64,000 nt of DNA from Callorhinchus milii (lineage: Eukaryota): positions 3,162,001-3,226,000 of the forward strand of contig NW_024704760.1 of the NCBI RefSeq assembly GCF_018977255.1, read 5' to 3'. The notes beneath the pieces were generated by a model. The model searched no databases. It was not told where the DNA came from and saw only the letters and a program-made list of their open reading frames with translations. Of this stretch, positions 60,501 to 64,000 are shown one piece after another. The first letter of the stretch is position 1; every line of letters starts with the position of its first letter. Both the position numbers and the translations under genes were made by a program.

Positions 60501-62162
60501 GCGGAGGGATCGAGGAAGGACGGTAGTAAATTTTATAGCTTTGAAATCGAAGGGGGTGGAGAAAAACCTTCAAAGAAAAAAAAACAGCTTTGCTCCACCG
60601 CCAGAAACAAGAGGAGAGTTAACTCATTTCAACCCGAAACCTGCCGGTGGGTAACACGGTCGCTTAATCCGCCACTGTTCGCGGGACGGTGCCGTGCGGG
60701 ACCGGACGGCGCAGTTTCGTCCCGCGAAACACGCGGCCGGTTGCACTCAACGGGACGTTCCGGCGGAGAGCTCGGAGCGACCTCGCAACGTGGCGATCAG
60801 GCGAAAACAAACAACGTCACGATGAACCTTTTAACAATCATCCGTGCCCACCCTCTCACCCACCCTCCCTCTCTCTCACCCAAGCACCCACCCACCCAAG
60901 CACCCACCCTCCCTCTCTCTCACCCAAGCACCCACCCACCCAAGCACCCACCTACCCTCCCTCCCTCTCTCACCCAAGCACCCACCCACCCAAGCACCCA
61001 CCCACCCACCCTCCCTCTCTCACCCAAGCACCCACCCATCCAAGCACCCACCCACCCACCCTCCCTCTCACTCACCCAAGCACCCACCCACCCAAGCACC
61101 CACCTACCCTCCCTCCCTCTCTCACCCCAAGCACCCACCCACCCTCCCTCTCTCTCACCCACCCAAGCACCCACCCACCCAAGCACCCACCCACCCACCC
61201 TCCCTCTCACTCACCCAAGCACCCACCCACCCAAGCACCCACCTACCCTCCCTCCCTCTCTCACCCAAGCACCCACCTACCCTCCCTCCCTCTCTCACCC
61301 AAGCACCCACCCACCCAAGCACCCACCTACCCTCCCTCCCTCTCTCACCCAAGCACCCACCTACCCTCCCTCTCTCTCACCCACCCTCCCTCTCTCTCAC
61401 CCACCCAAGCACCCACCCACCCACCCTCCCTCTCACTCACCCAAGCACCCACCCACCCAAGCACCCACCTACCCTCCCTCCCTCTCTCACCCAAGCACCC
61501 ACCTACCCTCCTCCCTCTCTCACCCAAGCACCCACCCACCCAAGCACCCACCCACCCTCCCTCTCTCTCACCCACCCAAGCACCCACCCTCCCTCCCTCT
61601 CACCCACCCACCCAAGCACCCACCCTCCCTCCCTCCCTCTCTCACCCAAGCACCCACCCTCCCTCCCTCTCACCCACCCACCCAAGCACCCACCTACCCT
61701 CCCTCTCTCTCACCCACCCAAGCACCCACCTACCCTCCCTCTCTCTCACCCACCCAAGCACCCACCCTCCCTCCCTCTCACCCACCCACCCAAGCACCCA
61801 CCCTCCCTCCCTCTCACCCACCCACCCAAGCACCCACCCCTCTCTCCCTCCCTCCCTCAATCTTACTCCACTCCTTTCATTTCATTGCATTGCACAGTAG
61901 CCTCAACCTCTCTCCCCCTCTCTCTCTCTCCCTCTCTGGTCGCCTCTGACTCAACCAATCAATCAAATCAAACCAAATCAAACCAAACCAAACCCCTCCC
62001 CCCCCCCCCCCTCACCCCCCAAACCCACTCACCCATCTCTGCCATCTCTCCCGGTGCAGTGAGCGCACCGCCCGCAGAAGGGGTCGCAGCGTAGAGCGAA
62101 TTGGAAGAACTTTTTCGCCCAAAAAGTTTGCTGATGGTACCACTGCCTCCGGACCTCCTCAT
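45529..62162 (-). CDS. C6orf132: Proline-rich C6orf132 homologue (~854 aa if frameshift corrected); exons 62033-62162, 52098-52210, 51349-51427, 47603-49762 (1-nt frameshift near 48801-48804), 45529-45610
   Basis: N-terminus GTISKLFGRK...SLYA, exon 2 SGTARVKSRPTV, poly-Pro IPPPPSMAPPPPP, SPLDLLMAAKQRD, IPPPPSFS, LPPPLEFSN and C-terminal YGRTFTVRPGAKQPIS match the conserved blocks I recall for C6orf132. Splice phases 1,0,1,2 are consistent once one base is added in exon 4. Confidence 0.85.
51155..51343 (-). mobile_element. CR1-type LINE 3' fragment
   Basis: AGAAGGAGGCCATTCGGCCCATCGTGCCTGTG tail motif on +. Confidence 0.7.
53170..53637 (+). mobile_element. Tx1/L1-clade LINE 3' fragment with poly(A)
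   Basis: With frameshifts it reads CAWRIINSAKEAL-WHSRNQMSF...LRLAHARFRGY..RDKLKLG, resembling the Tx1-type ORF2 C-terminus; AATAAA 53609-53614 and A-run 53628-53637. Confidence 0.7.
54784..55215 (-). mobile_element. L2 LINE 3' fragment
   Basis: Shares TTCAAGATCCTCA...CCTACAAGGCCATTCACGGCCTCGCTCCCTCCTACC with 19830-19903; ends in the stem-loop tail and (TTG)n. Confidence 0.75.
55626..55938 (-). mobile_element. Full-length young tRNA-derived SINE
   Basis: Same family as 18971-19300. Confidence 0.9.
60848..61857. repeat. ~1 kb C-rich minisatellite in intron 1 of the C6orf132-like gene
   Basis: Variant units built from CACCCAAGCACCCACC(T/C)ACC and CTCCCTCTCT. Confidence 0.9.
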
Positions 62163-62166
62163 CGCG

Positions 62167-62177
<11 letters not shown>

Positions 62178-62225
<48 letters not shown>

Positions 62226-62257
62226 TAGAGAGAATGAGAGAGAGAGAGAGAGAGAGA
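62178..62257. repeat. (GA)n microsatellite immediately upstream of the C6orf132-like ATG
   Basis: Visible GA dinucleotide run. Confidence 0.85.
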
Positions 62258-63184
62258 GGCGCTGCTCATCACTCCATCACTGCCTCTCAATCACTCTCTC
62301 CCTCTGCAGTCGGAGAGCTCTGTGTGTGTTGTGTTGTGTTGTGTGTTGTGTTGTGTGAGTGTCTCCTCCACTGAACAGTCCAACTCCTCCTCCGCCTTAA
62401 CCATAGCAACACAGCAGCGCATTGCACCTCATCTGACAGGTCCAACAGGTAAAACCAGCCCTTTTTTTTTTAATAATGCATTTATTTATTATATATACAT
62501 ATATACATATGGAGGAAATCTGCAATCAAAGGCAACTCTGATCTGGTCAGACATCCCCCATCCCACACCCCCCAAAAAAAAAAAATCCCACCTGTTTTTC
62601 GTTTGCAATTGATTCCCCACTGAAATAAAACATTTACTCATTAAATCTCATCTTATTATACATATATATATATTATATTTTTGTTTCTCCCCACCCCCCC
62701 CCACCCAAAAAAAAATGCTTTGCTTTTAAGTGTCTGCCTTTTCTTTTTCTCTCCTCTCCTCTCTCTCTTCTCTTCTCTCCTCTCTCCTTCTCTCTCCCCT
62801 CTCGATTGTCGACGTATATTTTCTCTTATGATATCAAAAAAATAAATAGCAACAGATGATAATCCTGGCTTTTTGATGCAGCGCCTTGCCCGGGGGGGGG
62901 GCACGAGAGGAGAGAAGCGACCGTAGAAACGTGGTCAAAGGTAACCTGTTTTGGATGCAATTTGGAAATAATAGTGATAACAAACGCTTGTGTTTTAGAT
63001 AACACGGTGTGTGTATCAACGTTGCAAAGCACGTCCCTGGGATCTGCTGTCAAGCATAGTGATTGCGCATTCGTAGGCAAATGAGGCAGCTGTTTTGCAT
63101 CCGGCAACATGGCACCAAGCAAACAGTCCATCCAGTTGGACTATCATTGCGCAGATAATAAGTAGAGACGCTTCTCTTAAATAT

Positions 63185-63497
63185 ATAATCCTTGCATTTG
63201 ATATAGCGCTTTTCACGTCGGGAGGACGTCCCAAAGCGCTTCACAGAACACACTGTAAAGTGAATTGACTGTATATTTGTGGGCGAACGCGGCAGCCAAT
63301 TGCGCACAGCAATGTCCCACAAACAGTCGTGGATTGAAAATGACCAATTTATTATTGTTTTTGGTTTTGGAGGGATTATTATTAGGCTCTGTGTGGAGTA
63401 AGGAAACTTGCCCAAGGTTTCGCCCTCTGCCTGGAATTGCACTCAGGTCTCTCGCTTGCAAAGCGAGTGCTCTAACCACTGAGCTACAGGACTCCAC
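63185..63497 (-). mobile_element. Full-length young tRNA-derived SINE
   Basis: Same family as 18971-19300. Confidence 0.9.
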
Positions 63498-64000
63498 TTA
63501 TCAATAAGAGGGGGCGTCCACAAAGTCCTCTTATTCCCCCCCCCCCCCCCCCCACCGTTACAAAACAGTGATACGAGACTTCGGTTGGAGCTGAAACAAG
63601 TTGTCAGAGGTGGGTTTTGCCTCTTCACTCGCTCCGTCCACGTTACGGAAAACGTGGCCCCAAACATGACGACGGATTTATCTGCCATTAAAATGGTGCG
63701 GTCACACACGCACACCGACAGATCCTCTGGACGTCTAAATACAGCGAAACGCATTTGTACTGAATACAACGCAGTAGTTCTAAATACAATTATCACCATT
63801 CTTCCGCGTGTTTCAGTCATTGATCAGTGCACTGTGTGTGTGTAAAAAAAAAGAGGGGTGGGGTGAAACAGGACTTTGTGGACACCTTGTAATGTGGTGG
63901 GATCCACTTGAACTCCAACACTTTATTATCATAACGGAGAGTGAGCCTGAACCCACAAACCTTTCTGACCCAAAGGCAAGCATGCTCTCAATTGGCCTTG

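Noticed and set aside
60689-62094. Three ~400-aa Pro/His/Thr-rich ORFs on +
   Set aside because: All three frames are open because the C-rich minisatellite lacks stop codons; they lie antisense within an intron.
63420-63497. tRNA-Ala-like sequence, and similar heads elsewhere
   Set aside because: No proper acceptor stem and continuous with the SINE body; not a tRNA gene.
63050-63507. Recurrent ORFs such as [18 protein letters not shown] and [18 protein letters not shown]
   Set aside because: Chance translations of SINE copies, not a gene family.

Overview
Vertebrate genomic DNA with spliced genes and dense interspersed repeats. The repeat landscape (tRNA-SINEs with L2-type tails, Deu-domain SINEs, L2, CR1, Tx1) suggests a cartilaginous fish, probably a chimaera; this is inference. 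I reconstructed five protein-coding genes by hand, with consistent GT-AG boundaries and intron phases. They are two tandem IL-19/IL-20-like cytokines (+, CDS 14494-17188 and 24239-26279), ATP5PB (-, 27969-32606), WDR77/MEP50 (+, 33370-37967, head-to-head with ATP5PB) and a C6orf132 homologue (-, 45529-62162, with a 1-nt frameshift in its large exon). Main observations: (1) coding exon 3 of the two otherwise ~50%-identical cytokines is almost nucleotide-identical, consistent with exon-specific gene conversion; (2) the ATP5PB/WDR77 bidirectional promoter is itself a palindrome packed with TCTCGCGAGA motifs; (3) a SINE family and an L2 LINE share a 3' stem-loop with a compensatory base pair, and the SINE body occurs with different tRNA heads; (4) a decayed copy of WDR77 exon 8 lies downstream of the gene. 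All alignments were done by eye, no database searches were run, and repeat boundaries are approximate.
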